From: a virus
Taxonomy: Duplodnaviria; Caudoviricetes
Length of the DNA: 64,000 nucleotides
Strand: one strand, 5' to 3'
Virus record (IMG/VR): IMGVR_UViG_3300027804_000069
Location: 1,353 to 65,352 of that record
The notes under the pieces were generated by a model. That model made no database searches. It saw only the letters and a list, made by a program, of their open reading frames with translations, and was not told the DNA's origin. Both the position numbers and the translations under genes were made by a program. Of the stretch, positions 36,592 to 46,105 are shown piece by piece. Numbering within the stretch: position 1 is the stretch's first letter; each line of letters starts with the position of its first letter.

Positions 36592-37185
36592 TTATTGTTT
36601 ACTTAAACTATCTATTTCCTGAGCTATTGCCTTTGCCTGTTCCGTTTTAACAGAATGAGCACCTGCGTCAGTTGTGAAATATCCTAACTTACTTTTCATC
36701 AAATATACTCCCATGTCTTCAAACCGCTTGTAATATTTGGCAAATCTTTCCTCTAATGTAACCCTACTTGCACTACCACTCCACCCGTATGAACCCCCAT
36801 AAACATATATATCTGCCTGTGGGAATTTAGCCTTGATGGTCTTTATAAAGGTAGTCACATCGTCCTTACTACTAAACTGACCATTTGTACCGATTGAAAT
36901 AAATACTCTTGCAACGCTATTGTCTACACCTTTATTTTTAAGTGCAGCTAATACGTTTGCCATAGTCCAACCGCTTTTTGCCAATCCGCTTTCAGCTTTC
37001 GCATTTTTGGTAATAAAGCTAATGCCTACTCCATGACTATCCCCAATAATTATATTCCTACCAACTTTATTAACTTTTGGTGGGTTTGAGGTTGTAGATT
37101 TTCCTTTGAAAGTTTCAACCCCATAAATTATAAGAGCTGCAAGACCTACGATTATTAAATAGTCTTTGGCTTTATATCCTGTCAT
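36592..37185 (-). CDS. membrane-anchored SGNH/GDSL hydrolase
   Basis: IIGDSH, SIGTNG, D-x-x-x-H; N-terminal TM. Confidence 0.7.
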   Translation of the reverse strand: MTGYKAKDYLIIVGLAALIIYGVETFKGKSTTSNPPKVNKVGRNIIIGDSHGVGISFITKNAKAESGLAKSGWTMANVLAALKNKGVDNSVARVFISIGTNGQFSSKDDVTTFIKTIKAKFPQADIYVYGGSYGWSGSASRVTLEERFAKYYKRFEDMGVYLMKSKLGYFTTDAGAHSVKTEQAKAIAQEIDSLSKQ

Positions 37186-37200
37186 GGTTGGCTATTAAGT

Positions 37201-37914
37201 TTATATTGCCTTGTCTTTGTAGATAAGTGATAAGAACCCGTCTTTACCTAACATTTTCACTAGATAAGCTCTACTTTCAGCAGGTACAGAAGACATTTGT
37301 GATAGTGCTGTACTATCGATTGGGTCTAAAATAGCTTGAGTTCCTTTACTGATTGATTTAGTGTAAGCACCTGCATTGTAAGCAACCATAGCCTTATTTA
37401 GCTGACCGCCTGATAGTATGGTAGTGAATCTTTCTAGCAGCCATCTTAAAATGGTTGTACCTGCCATGACGTTGAAATTAGCGTCCTTTTGTAGATTCGT
37501 TAATATGCTACTACGAATTGCAGCAGTCATAGTCTTGCTTTTCAGTAGACTTGGTACTTTTTGATTTAATAGTGCCACAACCTCTTGAGGTAAAGGACTA
37601 TCAACTTCAGCTTTCCATTTTGTTGCCACTTCAAATATAGCAGTAGGAGTTACTTGCATAAGTCCTGTAGCCTGATACCTGTTAGGAGCTGCCATAGTAC
37701 CGCCACTTTCAGTAGCAATAAAGGCAATAATCACACCAACGGGGATTTCGTATAGTTTAGCCCACCTGTCAATGATTAGCCCATAGTTAGAATTAATAGT
37801 CTGAATGACTTTGATATTAGCTGCCTTTACTGAAGGAGTAGCATAGTCGTATGTACCCGCTTTGAAAGAGGTCTTAATATCAGGAACTTTAACTAAAATC
37901 TTTGAATAGTTCAT
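37201..37914 (-). CDS. lytic transglycosylase (SLT)
   Basis: IATESGG, GLMQV, AYNAG. Confidence 0.9.
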   Translation of the reverse strand: MNYSKILVKVPDIKTSFKAGTYDYATPSVKAANIKVIQTINSNYGLIIDRWAKLYEIPVGVIIAFIATESGGTMAAPNRYQATGLMQVTPTAIFEVATKWKAEVDSPLPQEVVALLNQKVPSLLKSKTMTAAIRSSILTNLQKDANFNVMAGTTILRWLLERFTTILSGGQLNKAMVAYNAGAYTKSISKGTQAILDPIDSTALSQMSSVPAESRAYLVKMLGKDGFLSLIYKDKAI

Positions 37915-37924
37915 TTATATAATT

Positions 37925-38071
37925 TTAAGCGTCTTTGCTATCGTCTTCTACTTCAATAGTAAAAGAGCCTTCTTTAATCTTTGTGGTGTTCTTTTTTGCC
38001 ACTAATTTGGTATAGCCATAATAACCTAACCCTAGAATAGCAAGTCCGATAACGATGTTCTTTAAATTCAT
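37925..38071 (-). CDS. 48-aa N-anchored membrane peptide (start revised)
   Basis: MNLKNIVIGLAILGLGYYGY; the longer track start overlaps the next gene. Confidence 0.65.
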   Translation of the reverse strand: MNLKNIVIGLAILGLGYYGYTKLVAKKNTTKIKEGSFTIEVEDDSKDA

Positions 38072-38075
38072 TTTT

Positions 38076-38657
38076 TTATTTTTTCTTATAATACAAATAT
38101 ATTCCAAGTCCTAATAGCAAAGCACCTAAACCCAATCCTTTCTTGTTTTTTCCCACAAATTCCACTATTTGAGCACGAAGCATGAGTAATTTGATACCAC
38201 CTGCATATTGAGAAATTTCTTTTTCAGCTTGAGGTGTTCCATAAGCACCGAATCCGTAATAACTTCTCTTTTTAAGAAGTCTTGCAAACTCTTCAGGTGT
38301 TTTGGCATTTTTCAGTTGTTCAGGTGTTACACCACCCATAGTCTTACTATAAAGCCTTACTATCTTATCAGTTGCACTATCCTGAACTGAAGCAAACTTT
38401 GCGTAGTGGTCGCTGTTTTTACATTCACCGCCACTTCTACAAGACGCACTTCTCTCATTTGCAGGAGCTAGAGAACCTCTAGTTGCTAATGGCTGACCTA
38501 TGAATTTCATACCACTAGTATTGTTATTAGCTCTGAATACGGCTGAAGTGTAGTTAGCACTCTCAAAACGGGCTTGACCTACTATCAGTTTTGCTGCAGT
38601 AGGTGTAAAGCCTTGTTTTATTGCCGTATCATATATGATTTGGTCGTAGTTTGCCAT
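38076..38657 (-). CDS. glucosaminidase-like muramidase with C-terminal TM
   Basis: QARFES...NNNTSGMK...YAKFASVQD; C-terminal LGLGALLLGLGIYLYY. Confidence 0.75.
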   Translation of the reverse strand: MANYDQIIYDTAIKQGFTPTAAKLIVGQARFESANYTSAVFRANNNTSGMKFIGQPLATRGSLAPANERSASCRSGGECKNSDHYAKFASVQDSATDKIVRLYSKTMGGVTPEQLKNAKTPEEFARLLKKRSYYGFGAYGTPQAEKEISQYAGGIKLLMLRAQIVEFVGKNKKGLGLGALLLGLGIYLYYKKK

Positions 38658-41600
38658 TATTTTTTCTTTTTAGCCATTTTCTCTTTTAGCTGTGCCATTC
38701 TAGAACCAACGATTCTTTGAGCTGATTCTTTAGCTTCCTTTTTATCGTAGGTCTTACCATAGTCCTTTTGAACTTGAGGAGCTACCTTCTTACGCTTTAG
38801 TAAAGACTCTTGAACGGCTTTTACCTTGTCAGAGAATTTGGTTTTGCCACCCATAGCCATTTCTCTTTTAGGCATAGTCTTTTTTAACCAACTTAAAACG
38901 TCAGATTCATCTAAATATTCGTTTTGTAAAGTTCCGATACTTGATTGAGAGGTTGATTCATACCTTTTGTACACACCTTTTTCTGATTTGTTAGGTATAA
39001 TGGTATCGAACACTTTTTTTCCATTTCCTCTTACATCAAGATACCTTTTAAGTTTGCCTTCCTCTTTTAACTTGTTTAAGAGTTTTAATGCTCTTTCATC
39101 TTCAGTTTCACCACCATCAGCCATTTTTGATTCAGCTTCTTTTACACTAAAAGACAAATCACCACCGAATTTAGATTTGTACTTCTCTTCGTAGTCTTCA
39201 CCCATTTCTCTAGCCTCTCTTGCATTTTTAGCTCTAAATCTTTCTTCACCTACTTCTTTACCATCTTTAGATACTTTCAAAATGTAAAGGCTATCACTTG
39301 AGTAAATGCCACCTTTAGCCATTTTTTCCTCAATTAAAGTAACCTCTCTGATTTGTGTATCAGGCATTCTCTTTAAAGCATTCATTACGTCATTTTTATC
39401 TGACATTCTACCTAAGGTGATTTCCTTCTCAAACTTTTTACCTTGAATGGTGATACCTACAACTTTCCATTTTTTTGTGTAGTTTGTTTCACCTCCTTTA
39501 GCCATCATGCCACCATCTTCAAACTTAAAGTTTTTGATAGTTGGTCTATTTAGATATTTTAAAGATTCCAAAAAGTATTTGTCTCCTAAAAATTCAAACC
39601 TATCTAATACACCCTTGTAAGAATAATCTTTCAAGAAATAAGTACCATCATTCTTTACAATCTTACCTGTATAAGCTATTTCTTTAATGAAGTTTTCAGG
39701 GTACTTATGTTCTGATGTTTGGTTTTCGTGAGCCTTTTTAATTAATTCAGCAAACTTCTTACCGCTTTCTATTTGCTGACCGAAGTTATTACCTGCTAAT
39801 TTGTATCGTACTTCACCGCCTTTAGCCATGTAGCCACCTTTCTCAAATTCAATACCTTGCTTACCCATTTCAGCTCTTGCCTTGGTAATTAGCTTTAAGT
39901 GTAGCTCTTGTCTCTTTTTGCCATTTTCACTTGATAAACTACCTTCTTTTTCGTGTAAAGCCAATATTTCTTTTGCTTTAGCTAAATCTTCTTTTGTACC
40001 GAAATGCTTTGCAAGTAGAACTACGTTTTCGCTATGTGCGTTTTCGTCTTCGTTCTTTAGGTATTCCTCTTTGATTGAGCTTAACTCACCACCTTTAGCC
40101 ATGTAGCCACCTTTCTCCATTTCAACTCTGTCATGCAGAGGAATTGGATATTTTGAAGGGAATCTGCTATCAGAAGAGTAAATAAATGTTCCACCAAACA
40201 TACCTCTACCTTCAGGTTGGTCATAAGGTATTGCATGGATATAGTCACCCCAAGGTAATTTTCTCCTAACTAATTTTACAGCAGGAGTAGATTCATCAGC
40301 ATCAAATATTTTAGGTACTTCTTTATCAACTATTATAACCCCTTTTTTACCATATAACTTATTTGTAGGGCTATCATATTGACTTCTATATATGTCTGCT
40401 GAAAGCCCTTCTAATACTCCACCATCAGCCATGTAGCCACCTTTTTCCATTTTCAAACCATCTAGGTAGTGTGTAATATCACTCAAATCAGTTTCAGCTC
40501 TTTCTGATTTTGAAAGAACCCACGCTTCGATTTCAGTATCAGGTTTAACAGCACCCGCTAACTCTTCAGCATGGTGCTTGATAGCTTTGATATTGCTCAT
40601 AAGCATTTCGTAATTGCCTTCTGCAACACTACCACCTTCAGCAAAGAATCCGAATAGTTTTGTTTCTTTTGGTTTACCACCTTCAAACTCTTCTAAATCT
40701 TTATAAACTGACTTTTGACCATCACTAAATAAGAATCTTCCTTTGTTTGCTCCTGAATCTACTTTACCGATAAACTTGAACTCTTCGCCACTTTTATCTT
40801 TGTACCAACGTCCTGCAGTCATGCCACCTAAAGCATATAAACCGCCTTTTTCAGCTTTTGCAAGTCTTAAAGCAATTTCCATTAAGTGTTGTGGAACAAA
40901 GCTGTATAAGTTAATTGCCATACCTGCTCTGAAGTTGTAAGTAGATGCACTCATAATATCACTTACAGCATGGCTGAAGTTAAGCTCACCGCCAATTCCA
41001 CCTTCTACTACCACTTTTTCGATACCGAATAGATTGTCTACATATTTAGCACAATAAGCTAAAGACTCTTTTTCAAGTTCTTTGCTATCTTTCATTATGT
41101 CTACCGCAGCTTCAAACTCTTTTACTGCAGTACCGCAAATGTCAAAGTTCTTTGTTTCGTAGCCAAATACTTCAATATTCTTTCCTGAACCGAAGTGTGC
41201 AGGTACTTGACCGCCTTTAGCCATCATTTCGCCTTTATGTGATTTAAGCCATGATTTAACTTCATCATAGAAAGGTCTTGACCTAAACTCTGCTATATGA
41301 AAAGCGTTACCCTTATAATCTTTTGAATTACTTAAATAAAAATGAGTTGAATCAATGTATGTTAAGTAGTAAGTATCGTCACCATCAGTAACTCTTTTAA
41401 CTTCACCACCATCAGCCATTTTAATTGGCTCTTCTGATAATTTTTGAGATATTTCTCTGTGTTTATCCCTTAATTCATAATCACCTATGCTATTGGCTCT
41501 GAATGCTTCACTTTCATGCTCTGATTTAGTCATTGAGTATTCATCATCAACTTCAAGCCATCTGTTACTTCCTACAAACTCTTCTTTGTAGTTTTTCCCG

Positions 41601-43561
41601 TTTTGTGACTTTAATTCACCGCCATCAGCCATGTAGCCACCATCAGCCATCATACTTGCACCTGAATTGTCAGAGGAAATTCCCATGTTACCAACGCTAG
41701 AACCTGCCGTACCTGAAATATGGTCTTTGAGTCTTTGTAAATCAGTTTCGCTAATTTTGAAAGGAACTTTTTTATCCATAGTAAAATGATGACGATAAGC
41801 ACCATTTGCATGGCTTTGGCTCATTAGCCCTCTACCTGAACTCAAATCTAAAAATCCAAATCTTGTATCAGATTGAATTGTAATAGGCTGCCCCGCTTGG
41901 TCAGCAGAAATTGGATAAACGCTAAAATCTTGCGGGTTTCTCATTCCCTTAATCTTCATCATGAATGAAGTAGTACCCATAATATTCCTTCTAATAGTAT
42001 ATATTTCGGCATTTACTACATCCATACTACCACCATCAGCCATGTAGCCACCTTTAGCGTAATCATAATCTAACCATTTATCATAAATTACATCATAGCT
42101 TACACCCTCTATTTTAGACAATTTATCGAACACTCTTTCTCTCACTAAACTATCGGCAACACCAAGATATTCATATACATCACCTTTGTCATTTAAAACC
42201 ATGCTTAAACCATTAAATGTGGCATCAGCGTTTATATCTTCACCCAAATCATCGGTTGGGAACGCACCAACATAGTAATCTTTTATTTTTTTGAGGGCAT
42301 CGGTATTTCCCCCTTTTGCGTAATTCATATCTTTATTTTTTAATTCGTTTAGTTCTTTTTCAGCGTCTTCTCTTTTGTCATGAAATTCACCATCGTAGTC
42401 GTTGTCTTCGTCTTTTGAAATGACTTTATATAAAGGCTTGTCATTGTAATTGTCACGACCTTCAAATATCACATAACCACCATGAGCATATTCAGGAGCA
42501 TCTAATCTTTCAACACCTTTTTTGCTAACTACAACACTTCTTTCGTTTCCGTTGTCCATGAGTGTTACTAAAAGGTCTCTACCTACTGAACCTGAAACAA
42601 AGCCTGTTTTACCTTGAAATAGACTTTTTGAATCAGTAATGTAAACGTCATTACCTACTGAAAAACCACCACCTAAATCAGCTCCCCAATCAATTTCACC
42701 ACCATCAGCCATTTTAGGAAAATACCTGAATTGATTTTCAAATTTTTCTGCTTTAGCTACTCCATGAGTTTTAACATTACCATCTTCGTCAATTATATTA
42801 TATTCGTAAGTTCTGTCTCCGTTGTGATATTTAACCACTCTTACTTCATCACCTTGAAACATACCTTCATCACCTTTCTCATATTTGTATTTACCATTTG
42901 GTAATTTACCACCATCAGCATAATCAGGATAAGCGTTCATTTTCAAATCTTTTAATTGCTGTACTAACAAAGTATTCATTTTGTCATGGGTTGATTTGTC
43001 TACTTTTCCATCATTAAACATGATATCGTTTGCTAAAATCTTTTCTATTGTGCTTTCAGTTGGTAAATAATATTCTTTCCCTTTTTCAATAGTAAGTCTA
43101 TAATGAGCCCATCTGTCTAATACTTGATAATATTCTAAAAACTTAGGATTGTTCAAAGTACCACCTTTAGCCAAATAAGGCTTTTTTGAAGTTTGCTTAT
43201 CAGAACGATTTGCTCTTGTTTCGTAATAAATCTTACCACTTTTAGAAATACGCTTTCCTGCAGGTAATGACTTCCTATCACCATCTCTAGCAATATTGTC
43301 CTTTTTTCTTTCCTCTTTTGCAGGAGCTTTGGCAGGTGTTTTTTTAGCCACAGACGTTTTAGCAGCTTTGATTTTTTCAGCTACTTTAGATACTTTTTTA
43401 GTTTTAACAGCTTTTTTTTCAGCAGTTTCTAACTCCTGTAGTTCCTTTTCAAGTTTGGCTTTTTGTGCCTTTAATGGAGCTATCAAATTAGAAGGGGTAG
43501 CCTTACTTTTTATGCCGTTTTCTAATTTATCTATTTTAGCTTTAAGTTCCTGCTTTGTCAT
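38657..43561 (-). CDS. giant modular polyvalent protein, about 25 [MYFL][AE]xGG linkers
   Basis: 1634 aa; linkers counted by eye in the translation. Confidence 0.85.
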   Translation of the reverse strand: MTKQELKAKIDKLENGIKSKATPSNLIAPLKAQKAKLEKELQELETAEKKAVKTKKVSKVAEKIKAAKTSVAKKTPAKAPAKEERKKDNIARDGDRKSLPAGKRISKSGKIYYETRANRSDKQTSKKPYLAKGGTLNNPKFLEYYQVLDRWAHYRLTIEKGKEYYLPTESTIEKILANDIMFNDGKVDKSTHDKMNTLLVQQLKDLKMNAYPDYADGGKLPNGKYKYEKGDEGMFQGDEVRVVKYHNGDRTYEYNIIDEDGNVKTHGVAKAEKFENQFRYFPKMADGGEIDWGADLGGGFSVGNDVYITDSKSLFQGKTGFVSGSVGRDLLVTLMDNGNERSVVVSKKGVERLDAPEYAHGGYVIFEGRDNYNDKPLYKVISKDEDNDYDGEFHDKREDAEKELNELKNKDMNYAKGGNTDALKKIKDYYVGAFPTDDLGEDINADATFNGLSMVLNDKGDVYEYLGVADSLVRERVFDKLSKIEGVSYDVIYDKWLDYDYAKGGYMADGGSMDVVNAEIYTIRRNIMGTTSFMMKIKGMRNPQDFSVYPISADQAGQPITIQSDTRFGFLDLSSGRGLMSQSHANGAYRHHFTMDKKVPFKISETDLQRLKDHISGTAGSSVGNMGISSDNSGASMMADGGYMADGGELKSQNGKNYKEEFVGSNRWLEVDDEYSMTKSEHESEAFRANSIGDYELRDKHREISQKLSEEPIKMADGGEVKRVTDGDDTYYLTYIDSTHFYLSNSKDYKGNAFHIAEFRSRPFYDEVKSWLKSHKGEMMAKGGQVPAHFGSGKNIEVFGYETKNFDICGTAVKEFEAAVDIMKDSKELEKESLAYCAKYVDNLFGIEKVVVEGGIGGELNFSHAVSDIMSASTYNFRAGMAINLYSFVPQHLMEIALRLAKAEKGGLYALGGMTAGRWYKDKSGEEFKFIGKVDSGANKGRFLFSDGQKSVYKDLEEFEGGKPKETKLFGFFAEGGSVAEGNYEMLMSNIKAIKHHAEELAGAVKPDTEIEAWVLSKSERAETDLSDITHYLDGLKMEKGGYMADGGVLEGLSADIYRSQYDSPTNKLYGKKGVIIVDKEVPKIFDADESTPAVKLVRRKLPWGDYIHAIPYDQPEGRGMFGGTFIYSSDSRFPSKYPIPLHDRVEMEKGGYMAKGGELSSIKEEYLKNEDENAHSENVVLLAKHFGTKEDLAKAKEILALHEKEGSLSSENGKKRQELHLKLITKARAEMGKQGIEFEKGGYMAKGGEVRYKLAGNNFGQQIESGKKFAELIKKAHENQTSEHKYPENFIKEIAYTGKIVKNDGTYFLKDYSYKGVLDRFEFLGDKYFLESLKYLNRPTIKNFKFEDGGMMAKGGETNYTKKWKVVGITIQGKKFEKEITLGRMSDKNDVMNALKRMPDTQIREVTLIEEKMAKGGIYSSDSLYILKVSKDGKEVGEERFRAKNAREAREMGEDYEEKYKSKFGGDLSFSVKEAESKMADGGETEDERALKLLNKLKEEGKLKRYLDVRGNGKKVFDTIIPNKSEKGVYKRYESTSQSSIGTLQNEYLDESDVLSWLKKTMPKREMAMGGKTKFSDKVKAVQESLLKRKKVAPQVQKDYGKTYDKKEAKESAQRIVGSRMAQLKEKMAKKKK

Positions 43562-43598
43562 TGTGGGTAAAATTTGTATGTAAATTTAGTAATATTTC

Positions 43599-46103
43599 TT
43601 ATACCAATAACTTTAATGCCTCTAAAGTATCTTCAGCGTCCTTATCTCCCGTTTCAGCTAAGATTTCTAAAGCAGCTATTGTTTCTAGTATTTCCTCTCT
43701 AGTAGCCTCAGCTTCAGGTTCGGGTTCTATGTCTTCAGGCTCAGGTACAACTATGGGGGGTGCAGGTTCTTCAACAATCGGAAGTACTGCCTTTTGCTCC
43801 TCTAGTTTGGTTTCCATTTCGTCTACAGAAGGCTCTACGACCTGAGCTACCAATTCGTCATTTTTAACGAAATCCACAACCTTTTCCCCACCTTTCTTTT
43901 TGTCCACAACCATACCTAGACCTGTTTCCCCGCTATTTCCTTTGTAGTCTATGTATTGGTCTTCTCTAATATCAGAAGGTGGAACGAAGTTTCCTATATC
44001 ATATTTTCTCTTAGCTACTTCAACTATTTTCTCCATGAAAGTGCCAATGTATTCTAGCTCCTTTCCTGCAGGATAAGGTCTTTGGTAGCCTTCGGCAATA
44101 ATGTCTTCCATAGGAATATCAGCAACTAGATAGTTACTTACCCTATCTGCATCAAATAACTTTTTTAGAATCCATGTTTCCCATGCTCTAGCAAAAAGCT
44201 CTACCGCACTAGTCCAATATTTAGTTCTACGAACACCGCCAATTATATATTTTTTGTATGTAGATTTTGGGTCTAAATACACATATTGAAAGTAAGAATA
44301 TGCTGTTTTATGGTATAAGTAGCTAGTTTTTAGCCTCATGGGTACGTCATAGCTTTCAAGTCCGAACTGCTTAATAATATAACCAAATATCTTTACTTGT
44401 CTAGGAAGTTTAGCTTCATCTACTTCAGCAAAATCATAAAAGTCAATCTCATTTATAGTTTGCTCTATAGTTTCTTTAATTTCTACTACCTTAGATACAT
44501 ACCTCCTATTTTCAGCGTCATAATAGGAATAATCAGGTACTTCTGTACTTTCTACAGCCATGAATTTCATAGGGACTCTTGGTGTATATAAGTTATTACC
44601 CTTGTAAATAAAGCTGAATAGTTCTTTAAAGAGAGTCTTCAATTCAGAATCAGGGCTGTAACCTTCAGAGGCAAACTGATTGGTTGCTCTTTGTTGGTCT
44701 AGCTCTACTATTACGTTGTCGAAGTAGTGACCCCACTCGTGAGCTACAGACCCGTCACCATTACTTTTAGTAAGGTTAATATCTTTTGTTTGAGGGAAAT
44801 AGGCAGCAGCGTGTCCTTTACGTCCTTTTGCCCCGAAAGCTATCTTTAACTTACCTAGCTGATTGGCTTTTTTAATATCAATATTTATCATTTCAGCCAT
44901 GTCGCTGATGGCAGCTAAAAAGTGTTTTGTATGCTCCTTACTCCATTTATCGTCTACATATTGACCATAATTCACAGCAGCAAAGCCAAACTTATTAACA
45001 ACTTCTGCAGGTGTGATTTCAGGTATCTTGTAGCCTCCTGTTCTTTTAATGTAAGAAAGGGGAGCTTTTGTATTGATAGCCTGTTCTTTAGGAGCAGCAG
45101 TGTCTTTCTTTGTTTCGTCTTTTGTTTCAGTCTTTTCAAACCAATCCCAATTATTAGGTCTAGGTGCTGCACTAAGTTGCTTTGTTGCAAGACTCATTCT
45201 TGACCTTCTCAATTCATCTTCTGAGTATTGTATTAGAAAATCTCTGAATTTCTCTATGTCAGCCTTATAAATTGATTGGTTGTAAGAATTAATTCTCCAA
45301 GAAGTCTCCATAGTTAGTAAAAGCTGCTTTCTGTCCATTTCTTTATACCTAGCTACTTTTTTCTGAAATGACTCCACAGCATTCATTTCCCTTTCTTTAA
45401 GAGCATCAATAATCTCTTTTGATTTTTCTTCGCTTATAGGCTCTTTGTCTAGTGCCTCAGACCAAATAATTGCAGCAGCGTCACTAGTTCTAAATAGTAT
45501 ATTTTCAAACCTAGAACTCATAAGCTCATTTATAATCTTTTTTACAAGACTTGAACTTTGATACAGGAAAGCCATTCTTAAATTCTTGTTTTGCTTCAAA
45601 GCATCTTCTATAGCTTTTTTAGTGTCTTCGTCTGCAGTAGCGTAATCAGGGTTGAAAAAGGTTGCAATAACTTCATTCATAGGCATACTTCTGTAGTATT
45701 CAACCATATTCCTGATTTCTTCTACATTGAAACAAGCATCTAGCTTATTTTGAAGGCTCTCTAAAAAAAGTACATAGCTCTTACGCATTCCCTTTTCGTC
45801 TTTCGGTCTTGTAGGAACAGCCTCTCTTATCTTAACTTTCAGAAACGCTGCACCTGAAGTAACACCATTTTCCTTTTGAGCTTTTACGTCAATAGGTGAC
45901 CAAACGTTGTCCTTTTTAACCATGTTGTATGCCATTACAGCGTCATCTTCTAGGTCAGTTAGGACTTTTGAATTTATTAATCTAAAGGCTGCTTTTTCCT
46001 TTTTAGTCTGTGCTACACGACCAATATCTTTGAACTCTCTATTAGATTGTTTTTCCTGTAGCCTTTGCTCTACCTGTTCCTTTATTTGATTTAAGTCAGC
46101 CAT
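43599..46103 (-). CDS. large polyvalent protein with MPTase-like HExxH and LPD1-like domains
   Basis: VAHEWGHYFD; YWTSAVELFARAWE...YP-x-G-x-E. Confidence 0.75.
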   Translation of the reverse strand: MADLNQIKEQVEQRLQEKQSNREFKDIGRVAQTKKEKAAFRLINSKVLTDLEDDAVMAYNMVKKDNVWSPIDVKAQKENGVTSGAAFLKVKIREAVPTRPKDEKGMRKSYVLFLESLQNKLDACFNVEEIRNMVEYYRSMPMNEVIATFFNPDYATADEDTKKAIEDALKQNKNLRMAFLYQSSSLVKKIINELMSSRFENILFRTSDAAAIIWSEALDKEPISEEKSKEIIDALKEREMNAVESFQKKVARYKEMDRKQLLLTMETSWRINSYNQSIYKADIEKFRDFLIQYSEDELRRSRMSLATKQLSAAPRPNNWDWFEKTETKDETKKDTAAPKEQAINTKAPLSYIKRTGGYKIPEITPAEVVNKFGFAAVNYGQYVDDKWSKEHTKHFLAAISDMAEMINIDIKKANQLGKLKIAFGAKGRKGHAAAYFPQTKDINLTKSNGDGSVAHEWGHYFDNVIVELDQQRATNQFASEGYSPDSELKTLFKELFSFIYKGNNLYTPRVPMKFMAVESTEVPDYSYYDAENRRYVSKVVEIKETIEQTINEIDFYDFAEVDEAKLPRQVKIFGYIIKQFGLESYDVPMRLKTSYLYHKTAYSYFQYVYLDPKSTYKKYIIGGVRRTKYWTSAVELFARAWETWILKKLFDADRVSNYLVADIPMEDIIAEGYQRPYPAGKELEYIGTFMEKIVEVAKRKYDIGNFVPPSDIREDQYIDYKGNSGETGLGMVVDKKKGGEKVVDFVKNDELVAQVVEPSVDEMETKLEEQKAVLPIVEEPAPPIVVPEPEDIEPEPEAEATREEILETIAALEILAETGDKDAEDTLEALKLLV

Positions 46104-46105
46104 GA

